This document shows positions 24,613 to 42,550 of a stretch of 55,233 nucleotides of DNA, in pieces. The DNA lies in the NCBI GenBank assembly GCA_018398765.1, contig JAHBMJ010000143.1, positions 1 through 55,233 of the forward strand. The letters run 5' to 3'. Position numbers and translations under genes: made by a program. Under the pieces are notes generated by a model. That model was not told where the DNA came from, ran no database searches, and saw only the letters and a program-made list of their open reading frames with translations. How positions within the stretch are numbered: the stretch's first letter is position 1; every line of letters begins with the position of its first letter. This stretch comes from Chromera velia. Its lineage: Eukaryota.

Positions 24613-25318
24613 CCCTTCTAAAAAACCAGATTGATCGATTGATAGATAGGTTCCGCGCTAGGCCTTCCTCCTACGTTTATATGGCATCTGCTGCCAGAGC
24701 TAACAAAGTGCAATAGAATGCTAGCCAGATTACTATTAAAATGCAAAAGCTATAGAAATGATGTGCATGCAATTCTTATATAGTTAGATTTATACAACAA
24801 TTGTCAATTGGTAACAGTGATCAGTTGTGCGAAAGAGATATCATGATCTGCCTATATACAGAACCAGCCTGAAGTCCAGTCTACACACCGTCCAGAACTT
24901 GATTTATTCATCATAGAGTTCGTATATAGTAAGAAACAACATAATATATATGTCAATATGATAAACATGTAAAAAACTCACGCATATTCTTTAATTTTGA
25001 AGACTCGGAAACTCGCTCAAAAAAACTTGAAGACTAGCTGTTTGTTTTCTTACCAGACACTGAACCGGAGTCGGAACCGGACCTCGCCTCTGCATGTGCT
25101 TAATACGTCAATGACAGTTCACTGAACAGTTCAAGTCACATGCAATTCACCTTGCGCACACCGACTTTCGGTCTCAGTACGTGCATTTATTTGTCTTACT
25201 CTCGTCATGCACCCGGCATAATCGGCGGCATTGAAGTGTGTCATACAGCCACTCGAAATCAACCACTGCGACTAACCCTCGAGTTCAGCAATACATAAGG
25301 GGCACTTAAATTAATCGA

Positions 25319-26252
25319 TCATGAATGACAGAGAATCGGTTTGAGAGCCTCCAGTACAGACGGGTCCTCTATCGTGGGGGGTACTTTGTAAGGCTGCCCG
25401 TCAGCCATCTTCCTCATCGTCGACCTCATCACCTTCCCCGATCGGGTCTTCGGGAGACGGTCAACAAGAATCACATTCTGGACAGTCAGCGCAGCCACGG
25501 GACCGACGGCGTACCGCATTCGGTCAACCACCTCCTGAGGAACAGACGCCCCCGCTTCCTTTGTCACCCCTTCCTTCAAGACAACCAACGCTACAGGCAG
25601 TTGACCCTTCAGAGAGTCCTTGATCCCTATCACCGCCACCTCAGCAACAGATGGATGTCCAGCGATGGGCTCTTCCAGATGTCCACAGGAAAGCCGATGA
25701 CCTGCCACATTCAGGACGTCATCAGACCTCCCTGTCACAAAGAAATACCCATCTGCATCTACATACCCCACATCCCCTGTATGGAAAAATCCGGGGTGTT
25801 TCGTCAAATAAGTTCCCCTCAACCGTTCATCCCCCTCATCGTTGTGAATCCCAATAAACGACCCTGGGGGCATCGGAAGTCTCACCACCACATCCCCGGA
25901 CTGCCCCACTTCCTGGGGACTCCCGTCTTCCTTCACCACGCTCAAGTTCCAACCAGGCACAGGCTTGGTCGCAGAGCCCAGTTTGATGCGCAGAGCTTTC
26001 CTTGGCATGCCCCTGCTATCTGCCGCGAAATCTTTCGAAAACCTGACACACACGGATAGGAGAGCATTGAGGGAACAGTCAAGAACGGGTGGCAGGAGAA
26101 GGATGCTACACAATCAGAGAGCACCAAGGAGACAGGATACAGCATTCCTTCTTCTTTCATCCTTCCAGCTTCCCGTCTCTTTCACTCTATCCCTCTCTCT
26201 CTCTCTCCCTCCCTCCCCCCCCCCCCCCTATCCCTATCCCTATCCCTCCCTC

Positions 26253-26291
<39 letters not shown>

Positions 26292-29200
26292 TCTCTCTCA
26301 CACACACACACACCATCTTTCTTTCTGTCCCCCTCTTCCTCTTTATCCCACAAACAAAAACACGCTAGAAAACACGCAAAACCGTCTCCTACTGTTAATC
26401 TTGACATGCCGACCTACGGACAGACGCACAAGACCACCAAATGAGCATGCAGCCATTCAATCTGCATGCCGACGGACAGACCTGATATCGAATCCCGAGT
26501 CCGACCCCTTCCCCTTCAGAGGCAGACCCATTGCCATCCGGCGTTTGTGGTCAATCTCCGACAGACCCACACACGTCGCAATCATGGGCCAGCCTGCGCG
26601 AAGAATACATGCATTTATTTCCATACAAAAATAAACAAATATAAATAAATGCACGCAATCATGGGCCAGCCTGCACGAAGAATACATGCATTTACTTCCA
26701 TACAAAAATAAATAAATATAAATAAATGCACGCAATCATGGGCCAGCCTGCACGAAGAAAGCCGACAACATTCGGGGGTGGTGGAAGGAAAGAAAAGAAG
26801 GCAGCACTCCGCTGAGCCGATGCAAGGGGCTTGCAAAACTGCAGACAAATATCCACTGCTAAATTCATTGAATGGACGAAAGAGGTGAAGGCAGATATCT
26901 CGTCTAGCGTGCGTCAGAAGGGACACTCAGCATTTGTTCAGGTTGTCGACTTTCTGTCCATCTCCGCATCCGCTAAGTGTCGAGAATTTCCCTTTCTTTA
27001 TCTCTAATTCCGTTCCTGGAACTTCCATCAACCTGCCTTCCTCCATTGAAATTTCATCCATCCATCCACCTGCTCCTCTCTATCTTTCCCTTCCCCTCCT
27101 GCACCCCCCTCGTCGACCTTCCTAGCCTTCCCCCTCCCTCCTCCCTGTCAGAGATGTACCCAGTCCAACCACCCACATGCCCACCTACCCGTCTCCGTCA
27201 TCCAGTAGTGATCTATCACGTCGACACCCAGCTTCTCCGCAAAGAACTGAAGGACAGAGGGGAGAAGAATAGAGGAGACGTCAAAAAACGATGGGCTCGC
27301 AGGAACACAGACAGACCAGACAGACGCAGAAACAAGCCATACGAATTCGCAGAGATAGACAGCTAAATAGATGGACGGGCGGACAGTCGCACAGACAGAT
27401 GGACAGATGGATGGATAGAAAGATAGACGGGCGGACACTCTTTCCACAAAGGAGGGAGAAAGAAACTGCAGCATGAACGAAAGGCATCAGGAAGGCAGAC
27501 AGACAGATAAGCCCTCCAGGAATGATGCAGCCATTGAGAGAGAGGCAATCAAGCATTGAATTCTGTATGTGTCTGAGTCAGAAGACGCCTTGCACACCTC
27601 AGGAACGGAAAGAATATTTGCCGGCTTCTCCTCAACGAGGCGCTGCTCTCCAGTCGACTTACTTTGAGTCAAGAGAGGCCGCAAGACCTCAAGAACACAC
27701 AGCAAATCACACACCACATAGACAGGCCGGGCACTCATACCACCCACCTGGAGTGTTGCAGAGTCGCATCGTTCCCCTGCCACGAAGAGGTGTTTGAAGT
27801 GTCCCTTCATCCTGTCTACGTGGGGTGTCAGCAGGGCCCCCTCTGGGTCTGCTTTCCGAATCGCCCTCAGAGCTGTGGGGGCTGTGAACATGCATCGGAC
27901 TTGGTGGTCTGCAACAATCCTCCAGTAGGTCGACGCGTCTGGAGTCCCGACCTGCTTGCATGCATCCATCCATCCATGCAGTAGGTTGGAGGGGCGTTGG
28001 GGAGAAGGGAAGCACACACAAGCACAGGCGTTGCGAAGAAAGGTGGGGGAACCTGCACTACATTTACACTGTTAGTTGCGGGGGAACTGCATGTACAGTC
28101 AGCCACACAGAAAAAGAAATCAACAGAAGACTCCGAAAGGCGGGAGGGAAGGAAGGAAAGACAAGCCACAATAAATGCTGGAAAGGAGGAAGCGAGCCAG
28201 AAAATGGACGGGAGAGGAAGAGGAACAACCGGCAAAGAGGAGAGGTGCACTTCACAGCCCACCTATCTGACTGAGGTTGACGTGCAGGAAGGTATCGGCT
28301 GGCTGACAAACATCTTCCAATCCGCCACGCAGTGTGCATAATTGCATACCCACCTGTTTGTCTGCTTGCTTGCCTGCCTGCCTCTGTGTCTGCTTGTCTG
28401 TGTCTGTATATGTGCTCGTATCTCCATCTACTTGCATGCCTTTCAGTCTGCCAGTATGCGTACCGTTTTGATTATGCCTGCATGTTTACCCATTTGTCTG
28501 TCTACATCCATTTGTGCATCTATTCATCTGTCTGTCCGATCAGCTTCTCTAACTCTACTCCGGTGGCTCGTCAAGCGACAAAAAAAGCCACAACTCACTC
28601 ACCGGTTTCCCCTCAAAGAGGATCGTGGTTGCTCCCGTGAGAAGAGGACCGTACAGCACAAACGAGTGCCCGACCGTCCACCCGATGTCAGATGCCGTCA
28701 TGATCGTCTCGCCCGCATGGACATCAAACACGTTCTTCATGCTCCACAACATGGCCACGGCATGCCCCGCATTGTCCCGCAGCACCCCCTTCGGCTGTCC
28801 GGTGGTACCGCTGGTGTAGAGCATGTACAGAGGGTCGCTGGACGCGACCGGGACACAGTCAACGCTTCTCCCCGCACCCTTATCGACCACCTCCTCCCAC
28901 AGGACGTCTCTCCCGGGTTCAAGGGAGCCCTCCATCTGGGGGCGCTGCAAGAGAACAACCTTCTCAGGCTGGTGAGGAGAGAGGCGGAGGGCGTCGTCCA
29001 GCAACGGCTTGTAGGGGACGACGCGAGTGGGTTCGATGCCGCATGAGTTGGCAATCACGAACTTCGGTTTGGCGTCTGCGATACGAGACGCGAGTTCCGG
29101 GGCTGCATAACAGAGGGAGGAAAGGAACATGGCTCAATCGAAATTTGCACAAGGACTTCGGAATGGCAGAGGCCAAAGAAGACACCGACGAAAATGAAGG

Positions 29201-30254
29201 AACATTTTGCGACAAGGAAAAAGAAAATGAAAGAGAAAAACAGACAGAGAGAAAGACTGACACACAGGCAGCTAGATAGTCGGGCGGACGAAAGCAGCCA
29301 AACAAATTAGCAAAGAGACAGGTAGACGGTATATTTGTTTTCTCTCCGCTTCTAGACAGACAAACCAAGAGATAAACGGACAAAAAATGAAACGTATAGT
29401 GTGACAAATGAACGCACAGAAAAGAAACAAACGGTTACAACCACATCAAGTAAACCAACTAAAACCGACGAACAAACGAACACAGATCGACTCTTTTTAA
29501 CACCCGCCCGACTCACCCCCGAATCCCCCGAAGACGACCGAGTGAATCGCTCCGAGCCGTGCACACGCAAGGCACGCAATCAGCACCTCGGGCACCATCG
29601 CCATGTACACGATCACCTTGTCCTGCCGTCAAGAGATTCACATTCTGATGAAAATACGTCTGTTTCTGACCATAAGTGGAAGTGATACTCATGTCCAAGA
29701 AGAGCGCATAACAAAGAGACCATAAAGAGTCTACGTGGATGATTGGGCGATAGTAAGGTTTCTTTGTCGCAGTGACCTAGAGCTCTACAAATGGAACCTC
29801 GAAAACCAAAAGACAAAAGCAAAACCACAAAGAGGGCTGTGCGCATGTTTTAGAGCCCAATCACTTCAGTATTCCCACTAACCCTCTTGGTCAATCCCAT
29901 TGCCTGCAGGCCGGCAGCGAACTCCACGACTCTCCTGTGCAGTTCTTTGTATGTGATCTTCTCCACCGTCTCCGTCACTGGACTCTCGTAGACGATGGCT
30001 GTCTGGTCTCCCCGGGTCGCCAAGTGTCGATCCACGGCGTTATGGCACGTGTTCATCTGCCCTCCCCCGAACCACCTGAACAACCCGTCCTGCCGAGGCT
30101 CCCATACTTTGTCGAACGGCTTGAACCACTCAATTCCCTCGGCAGCTTGTCGCCAGAACTGAGCTGGATTGTTCACAGCAGCGTCGCGATGGACATCCTG
30201 AACGAGGGTGGAGAAGCCACGCCAAGGCAGACGCGGACGAAATCGCAACAGCAT
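25319..30254 (-). CDS. prpE: Short-chain acyl-CoA synthetase (propionyl-CoA synthetase PrpE / ACSS3-like), probable mitochondrial presequence
   Basis: ACCACCATG at 30254. Exons 30254-29883, 29622-29517, 29102-28603, 27951-27748, 27246-27189, 26593-26482 and 26042-25319 splice in frame. Motifs [87 protein letters not shown]. Arg-rich N-terminus [16 protein letters not shown]. Confidence 0.93.
26577..26759. repeat. 77-bp tandem repeat (2.4 copies) spanning the acceptor of synthetase exon 6
   Basis: cgcaatcatgggccagcctgc starts at 26577, 26654 and 26731. Confidence 0.92.
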
Positions 30255-30618
30255 GGTGGTAAACAGCCGTGGATCAGTTGTCGCACAGACGAAGTTTTCA
30301 CCTCGATCAATCAAGGAGACGCCAATGAGATTCGATAGAAGCACAGGTCCTAGAGAAGCAGGCTGCCTGACTCAGATCCATAATTGAGTTCTCATGCAGC
30401 AGCAACGAGCTTCGCAATCTGTCACAGCGGTCGAGTTTCGATGCAAGGCCGCATTCTGATCTACCTCTTTTGACTTCTTCTGACCTGAAAGACAGGCAAA
30501 GATCGAAGCGTAGACGGCATGCAAGAGTAGCCATTGCTACTATTTTTTTTTTTTTTATTTTACTTTGTGGTCGTTTTTGTTAGACTATATTCATATACTA
30601 GCCAAGCATGGAGTGTAG

Positions 30619-30726
30619 GTGCGGACCGCGGGCCCGGCCAAATTATATATAAGTACAGGGTCCGCGCGGCCGCGCACGCCCGGCGCACGGCCCCGCGGGG
30701 TTGCATGCGTCCCCAGCCGGCATGCA
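30619..30726. promoter_or_regulatory. CpG-rich islet with TATATAA, upstream of the acyl-CoA synthetase
   Basis: GCGGACCGCGGGCCCGGCC AAATTATATATAAG ..CCGCGCGGCCGCGCACGCCCGGCGC; about 400 bp upstream of ATG 30254. Confidence 0.5.
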
Positions 30727-32326
30727 GGGGCTCCTTTTGCTCAAAACTTTCTTATCGCCTCTCCGGGCATGTATTGGTCCGGTATGCATAGGCTCGTATT
30801 ATGAATCATGAATAAGAGAAACACTAAGTCCTTCGATAAGCAAGATCGACCTAATAGTAAAAGGGTCCAATACAGAGTAATTGCTTCAATACAGACGTAT
30901 GCCTATTATTGACAGCAATTCTCAGATACAGAGAATGGACGTACATACATACTGCCTGTTATAGAGAGAAGGTAAACCTAAAGGAAAGGTGCCCTCTCTA
31001 ATAGACCTCTATGTGTAAGATCGTATAAGCACGTATCTGAGCCCTATAGCTTCCGTAGGCCTGATGGAACAATGGTTAGCAGAGGTTCCGGGTTCCCGGT
31101 CCAGTTAACACAATACAGACCGGAATCACAAGAAGAGGAACCTCCTATCTGCAAGGAGGAAGCCAGAGTTCCCCTTCAATTCTTTCCATCCACCCCTCGT
31201 TGGAGAACATTGACACTCCTCCTCCTTCCTCTGTAGGCACCCTCTTCACGGAGGAAGGGGAGATTGTTATCGAAAGCCCAGCAATCACGCACCGTTCAGC
31301 ATCTGAACAACAGACTGACTCAGAGGAATCGATACAGGTAGGGCAAAGACCGAACATGGCAATTGATGTAGACAAATTGAAGGCGCTGGCAGAGGTGAAG
31401 AGAGTCGTAGAGGTATTTGACACCAAGAAGAAGAATGGGAGGACTTGGTTTAGCCAATTCCGTGACAAAGTGAAAGCTGGCAACCTCAACATCGACGAAT
31501 ACAAACTATTGCTTGGTATGCACTTTGTTGACACCGACCTGGTACAGCAGTGGGACGAGAAGAGAAGAACATGCTCCACCGTCAATGAAGTAGACGCATG
31601 GTTCCTCGATGCCCATGGTGGGGGAGGCATGGAAGAAAAGCACGCGGTATATACGATGGCAGACGTGAAACTGAGTGTCGCAGACGCGTTCCAACCGTTC
31701 GTTGACCGATTTATCGATACCTTCATTGCCGCTAATCCAAATACTATTCGCAACCATCGTATCACGCCATTCATCAACGCCCTCTATCCCGAAATGCGGG
31801 AAGCTCTGGAAATTGAACCCGCCTTCTCCGAATGGAATGACTTGGTAAAGAGAACCAAGCATCTCCATGCCAAGCTGCAGAAGAAAGCCAGAGCCAAACT
31901 TACTGCCGTCCAGAGTACCTAATCAGCGTCTGACCTTGAACGATGGGAGAAGTTGACAGACAGGCTTGAGCGCGTTGAGGTCAGCATAGCAGCTTTGCAC
32001 ACTCGCGGCCACGGCAGGGGCAATTCGATGCCGCGAGGGGGTCGGGGTGGCTATGCCGTCTACGGCAATCGGCCGTCTCCTCAAGTCGCATACGGCTTTA
32101 CGCCTGGCCGAAATGCAGGCTTAGGATGGAGAGGTGGATACAAGGGACGAGGAGGAATGCCAGGAGGCATGTATAGAGGCAGAGGAGGTCACAACGGTTT
32201 CAACAACAGTCACTTTGGGTATGGATAGAATGGGCATGCTCCACCGTTTGGGCAACGAGTGCCAACATGCCACCACTGCAGGTCGCCATCACACTTCGTC
32301 GCGAACTGTCCAGAACTGCGGTACTC

Positions 32327-36742
<4,416 letters not shown>

Positions 36743-37984
36743 ACTGTTGATTGTTCCATGACATGAAGTGATAACTGCGCTGTTTCAATCGATTTGATCC
36801 ATCATTCCTTTTTTTCCTACCCTTCTTATGTTTTTCCGCTCTTTGTGTCATGTGGTACGGCCGTGCTAATGGTGGTTTTTCGATTGCCAGTGTAGGTGGC
36901 TGGGATCGGTGAAAGGTGTGAATTGTGCGGGACGCACAAGCTTAAAGGGGGGAGTGATTGTTATGGATCATGAATAAGAGAAACACTAAGTCCTTCGATA
37001 AGTAAGATCGACCTAATAGTAAAAGGGTCCAATACAGAGTGATTGCTTCAATACAGACGTATGCCTATTATTGACAGTAATTTTTAGATACAGAGAATGG
37101 ACGCGCATACATGCTGCCTGTTATAGAGAGAAGGCAAGCCTGAAGGAAAGGTGCCCTCTGTAATAGACCTCTATATGTAAGATCGTATAAGCACGTATCT
37201 GAGCCCTATAGCTTCCGTAGGCCTGACGGAACAGCTCGAAACGACTGTATGTGTATCGAAGAGAAAAGAATTCTTTGAAATATTTAGTATCAACACAAAG
37301 GAACAGAAAAAGAAAGAAAAAGCAGGAGAAGGGGAGATCAGTGGAGAAAGTGCTGATCAGTCTCTATTTTTGTATTCCACCTTCACATCAAATCAATAGA
37401 TCACCCGAACACATCTAGCAAGGCAGGGAGTGATTAAAAGTGCGAGGCCCTAGGCATGCAGGGACCTCAGCACATCTCGCAGGAAGGAATTTTTATGGCA
37501 GTTCTAGGTGCAGGCATAGGGACCACGTGGGGTGCCTATGTAGAGCAACTAGGATTGAGGGAAATACGAACCAAACCTATGCATACCGGACCAATACACG
37601 CCCGGAGAGGCGATACATATGTATCGGTAGCATGTATCGTTCGAGGTATAGTTCATGCAGTACGTACGTTGTATATAAGTTTCGATCGAGGGCCAGTGTT
37701 CCGTGCATGTTCACATCCATCGAGCTGCGTGATTGCAGCGAATGCCAGGCTCCATGTAACGACAGACAAGCGACGACAGAAGTACACGTGGACAGAGAGG
37801 CACATAGAAGTCCGACACATATACATCTCACATGCAAGCCATGCTTCAGTCTCCTGCGCATGCACGACACAGAGACAGCTGATTGACCTGCAGGCTGACT
37901 GACTGACTCACATTCAACGTCCCATACTGCAGATAAAAAGGCTGAGAAAATTTTTTCACGGAAGAAAAACGAACGAAGCTTGAA

Positions 37985-40111
37985 ATGAGATTCGCAAGCA
38001 GCACGGCAGCCTTGCTGCTCGTGTGCTGCGCCTTTCTGTATCCTGTTCGGTCCAAGCGCCTAGACGTCACGCTTGCCCGCTCAGAGGGCACGTCACCCTC
38101 TGTGTGTTCCTGTAGATTCTTTGAGAAGATGGTCTCCCGAATTATGGAGAAAACAGACCAAGGAAGGATCAGGACAGGGGGGTCGATTGATATGAATAAG
38201 ATGACCATGCGTTTCCTTGACCTGGAGCACATGGAAGTCTGGATTCAGGGGATGAAGTTGAACCTTATGGTTGTAGACCCAGGATTCACAGGTGAGAAAC
38301 ACACGACCATCAAGACGAGAGGGGACATTCCGGGAACCCTCGGACGCATCAATCTGCGCGTAGACACAACAGGAAGTGCGCACGAGGACGCACGAACGGG
38401 TTCCTCCGGGATCAATCGAGATGAGGTTTTCTGGAGCAAGCCAGGCAGAACAGAAACGACCAGTCACGCTGACTTTTTTGATATCGAGACTGATGGTACA
38501 GGCGTGAGGGGTGTCTACAACAGCGCGAAGGACTCGATTCTCGGTGCGTTTGACTCGTTCGGTTCCTGGTTGAACAAGAAGGGCGTCATAGACCACCACG
38601 GCAGGGTGGGGTCCTCCTACGAAAACTACGACATCATGGAGGAGTTGGTGGATGACGAAATCCTCCCTGTGCTCTCCTCGGAGTCAAGAGAAATCCATAA
38701 GGGGTCAGCCGGCAGGGGGGGTAGCAGAAAAGTATAGAAAACGAATGCCAGTCAGCAAAAAGTAAGGGCGAACCACGGAGCCTGGGCAGGAAGAAATAGA
38801 CAAGAAAACAAACGTGGACGCAGATCGAGACAGGCATAGGGTAAGGTAGCCGAACAGTTGTGCATTTAGACCATTGACACTGTCCGTCGTACAGTCCAGC
38901 AAGTATTTAGCCAGGCAAGTAGAATACTTCGCGGTTAGGCGCTGTCAGACAGCCACGTAGTCTCTGAGACAGGAAGAGACAGAGTCACAAGCTTGCAGAA
39001 AGTCTTTCGTCCACTGAAAGAGACAAATACCAGCAACAGCCAACGACACAACCGTCCACAAAGTCAGGTGAAAAGAAGATGTTTCTCAGAACAAGACAGA
39101 CAGCTACATACACATTAAGTAAACAACGGCTGCATGCGGCCCGGTTCCATTGTCTTTCCCCAACAAGATCCGCTTCTTCGAGGTCGCTTGCTGTGTCTAC
39201 CCTCTGTCTTTCCGCTTTTTTGGGTCTGCACATCATTTAGTTTCTTCCCTCTCGCTTACGACGAACTGCAGAGCGGGAAGGTGGTTCAGGTGTGTCGCGT
39301 TCCGAACGGAGGAGTTTGGAGACCTCCCGTGGGACCAGGTGCCTTGTGACGATAAGGAGGCGGAGATCGACACCAGCAGGCTGTTCAAGAACTTTTACGG
39401 GGCAGAGGCAGACCTAGAGTACCGAGTCGCCGAGATGGACCTCAAAGTGGAGGCGTGCCCTACAGGTGGGTCAGACAGAGAGCTAGGGAGGGGTCTATTG
39501 GCTGATGGATCGCGGTCTTGATGATTGGAAATGGGGAAAATGTGTGTTTGGTGATTCAGTTGAGCCGGTGGGAGAAGGCAAAGACAACAACGAAGGCAAG
39601 GGGAGAGACAAGAAAGAAGATCGCATCACAGAGCTAGACAGCTGTAAGTGCCTAGTCGGATCTCTGCTTGATGAACTTTCACGGCATGCATGTCGGTCGG
39701 GATCTCTCGACTTGCATGTGCAGGAGGATGGATGGATGTGAGGCTGGAGAAGCTGAAAGACTCAACCACCCCCCACTTCAAGATGGAAGTGCGTGCCCCA
39801 GGGAAAGCCGGAGGAGTGCTCGGGGAAAAGAGAGGAATCGTCACTGCCCGAGGGGACCTGAAGGCCAGACTGCTCCCCACAGGATCGCCAAGCCCTGCGG
39901 TAAGCTCGTGGAGAAGAAGAAGAAGAAACCGCTACAGTGAAGTAATGGATTGTAGAAAGAAGGCTTGCATGTGGATGTGAAGTTGATTTCTGGTTCCTCT
40001 TCTCCTCTACACACGAGCGTGCCTGTCTACGTCCACAGACACTCAGATTTTAAATTCTATGAATCTGTGAGCGTTTCGTTTGTCTTTTTGTCACTTTGCT
40101 CTCTTGCCATC

Positions 40112-40160
<49 letters not shown>

Positions 40161-40186
40161 TGTGTATGTGTGTATGTGTGTGTGTG

Positions 40187-40227
<41 letters not shown>

Positions 40228-40304
40228 TGCCAAACGGCTCATGCGGTTGTGATGAACGTGCGTGTAGTCCGAGCACGTGACTACAGGATGGCTTGTCTAT
40301 TCAT

Positions 40305-40370
<66 letters not shown>

Positions 40371-40737
40371 GTCTGTCTCTCTGTCTGTCTTTTTGTCTAT
40401 TGTGTTCATGAAGAAAAGAAGGGAGAAGAAGAAACATATAGTCTGTCTGCCTCTATGTGAAAAGACGATGTAGTCTGTCTCTGCGCCTGTCTGTCTCTCT
40501 GCCTGTTTGCAGGTGAAGATTGAGGACGACCTCGGCTTTGAGTCTGTCCCTGCCTGGCTGTCCACGGAGGATCTTCGAAAGGTCATCTACAAGAGGTTCC
40601 AGCAGGAGATGGTCAACTTCGTGAGATCCTACGATCTCTGCACTGCAGACCACATCAAGTACTACATCTACGGCCCCACTGACACCACGTCCCTGGAGAC
40701 ACTCCCATGTCCAGGAGTGGAACCTGTCAGAATTTGA
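37985..40737 (+). CDS. Hypothetical secreted protein (437 aa) with an internal two-fold repeat
   Basis: Signal peptide MRFASSTAALLLVCCAFLYPVRS. Exons 37985-38703, 39272-39465, 39724-39899 and 40513-40737 splice in frame (1314 nt). Confidence 0.8.
40113..40395. repeat. Intronic (CT)n/(TG)n/(TGTC)n microsatellites
   Basis: Directly visible. Confidence 0.95.
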
Positions 40738-42550
40738 TCAGGCCAATCTGACAGAGGAGCCTTAATTCAGAACCTCAGCAGCAAAGTCGCAAACCAAAAT
40801 TGAGGCTGAGAATGGCGGGAGGGCAGGAAGAAGCAGAAACAGATCCTCACCAAAAGAGCAGATCACACATTGAGAAGTGAAGAAGAAAAGAGAAGAGCAA
40901 ACCCTGTAAAAATGAAGCTCGGTTGAGCAGGTCAGCTGCAGGACCAATGGGCCTCAAAAGCAGGAGAGGTCTCAAGAATGAATTAAGAAGAATCGTGAGA
41001 AGAGCGCAGTGGACAGCCAACATGTGACTAAAAATCAAACTTAAGAAAAACATTCTCAGAGTACGCTCAGAGTCATATCATTCTAGTACATAGAAACACA
41101 ATTATCTTTTCATGTATGTGGTGCATGATTTGCCTAGATGATTTGCAAAATCGATCGATACGAATTAACAATAGCTTACTTTAAATAAATTTAAACTGAA
41201 ACTTTACTGACAATTAAGTCACTGTATATAATTTTTGATGATTCCAAGTTTTATAAATATATAGAGATCGATCTGATTTTTACTGAATTGCTGACTAGCT
41301 CTAATATTGATTTGATACATAAAAGAATAATCTTTTTTAAAAACGTTTTTAAAATCTTTTACAATTTGTTATGAATTTTTGATCAAATACCTGAGTTTAA
41401 ACTTTTTTTAGTTTTTAAATGAGGAAGCTAAGAGCATGTGTATAAATTTAGTTTTAAAGCTAGTTTTTTTAAAACTCCTAGGAAATATAATTAAAACATA
41501 TCATAATTTTTATTGTGCATGGTAAACACGTTGACAAAAAAATCTTAAAACTCTTCAAGTTCATTTAAATATAATGTACCAAAATTATGGTAGGATTATT
41601 ATTCTGTTACTACTATGATTGCCACTGGTAGAATTACTACTACTACGTGACTAGTTTATAAAAGACTAGATGAAAGACAGTATAAACTAAAGTACTACAG
41701 TGGTAAATTTTCAATCTCAGAGGCTCATGCAATCAAGGAACTTAAAGCTAGCTCTCGAAGTTTTGAAATCATTAACACAATCTCTAACACGATCGCTTCG
41801 ATGATCTCCTAGACTGACAATGACTAAGAATGACTTTGACCATATTAAGTTTACTGGCAAGTTCAAGTTGAAATGCTTAACTCTGTTCGACAGCTTGGGC
41901 TTTCAGTGAATGCACTCTGATGAAGAGTTACCGTTCAAAACTTTCCTTCATCGAACTTTTGAATCCCAGCCTGAGACAGATTGTCAGTTTGTAAAAGATT
42001 CTTAACGTATGGCTGCATGCACTGGCAGTCAAAAAGGCTCAGCGTAACGTACGTGGATTCCAAAAGGCCAGTCAGTGAGAAAGAAGGGGCTTCAATTCAA
42101 GGATCCCTCAATTGTTTCGCTTCGGTCGATTGAATTGAATTGAAGAGAAATGCACGAACGTGGTCTTGCTGCTCTGTCGCCAACTGAACCGGCACGCAAG
42201 AAAGGGGATTGCTCTTTCCACCTGGTGCCCTCCCCTTCATCAAGAGTCACCCTCTGTCTATCCAGCCACCAAAACGCCCCACCCATTCCCCCCCTCCGTC
42301 CATTTCTTCCGCTTGTGAGATCCCCCAACGACCCTGAATGACTCAAGTTGACCCGATGACCCAAGCTGTGTCCATGATTCCTTTCTCTGCCCTGTTGGTT
42401 CAGAGAGAAATAATAATAAGATGAATTAACGAACGTTCTTTCGGCTCACGAGAGTCTGACCCCTCTCCCCCCTCCTCCCCAGCTTCATTCCCGCAATTCA
42501 AACTCAAACTCTCCAACGAAGTCCCCCCCCCTCTCTCTCTCTTGTTGATT

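Noticed and set aside
26577..26759. CRISPR-like repeat/spacer appearance (29-bp repeat x3)
   Set aside because: The spacers are near-identical to each other, there are no cas genes, and the context is a eukaryotic intron: a tandem duplication.
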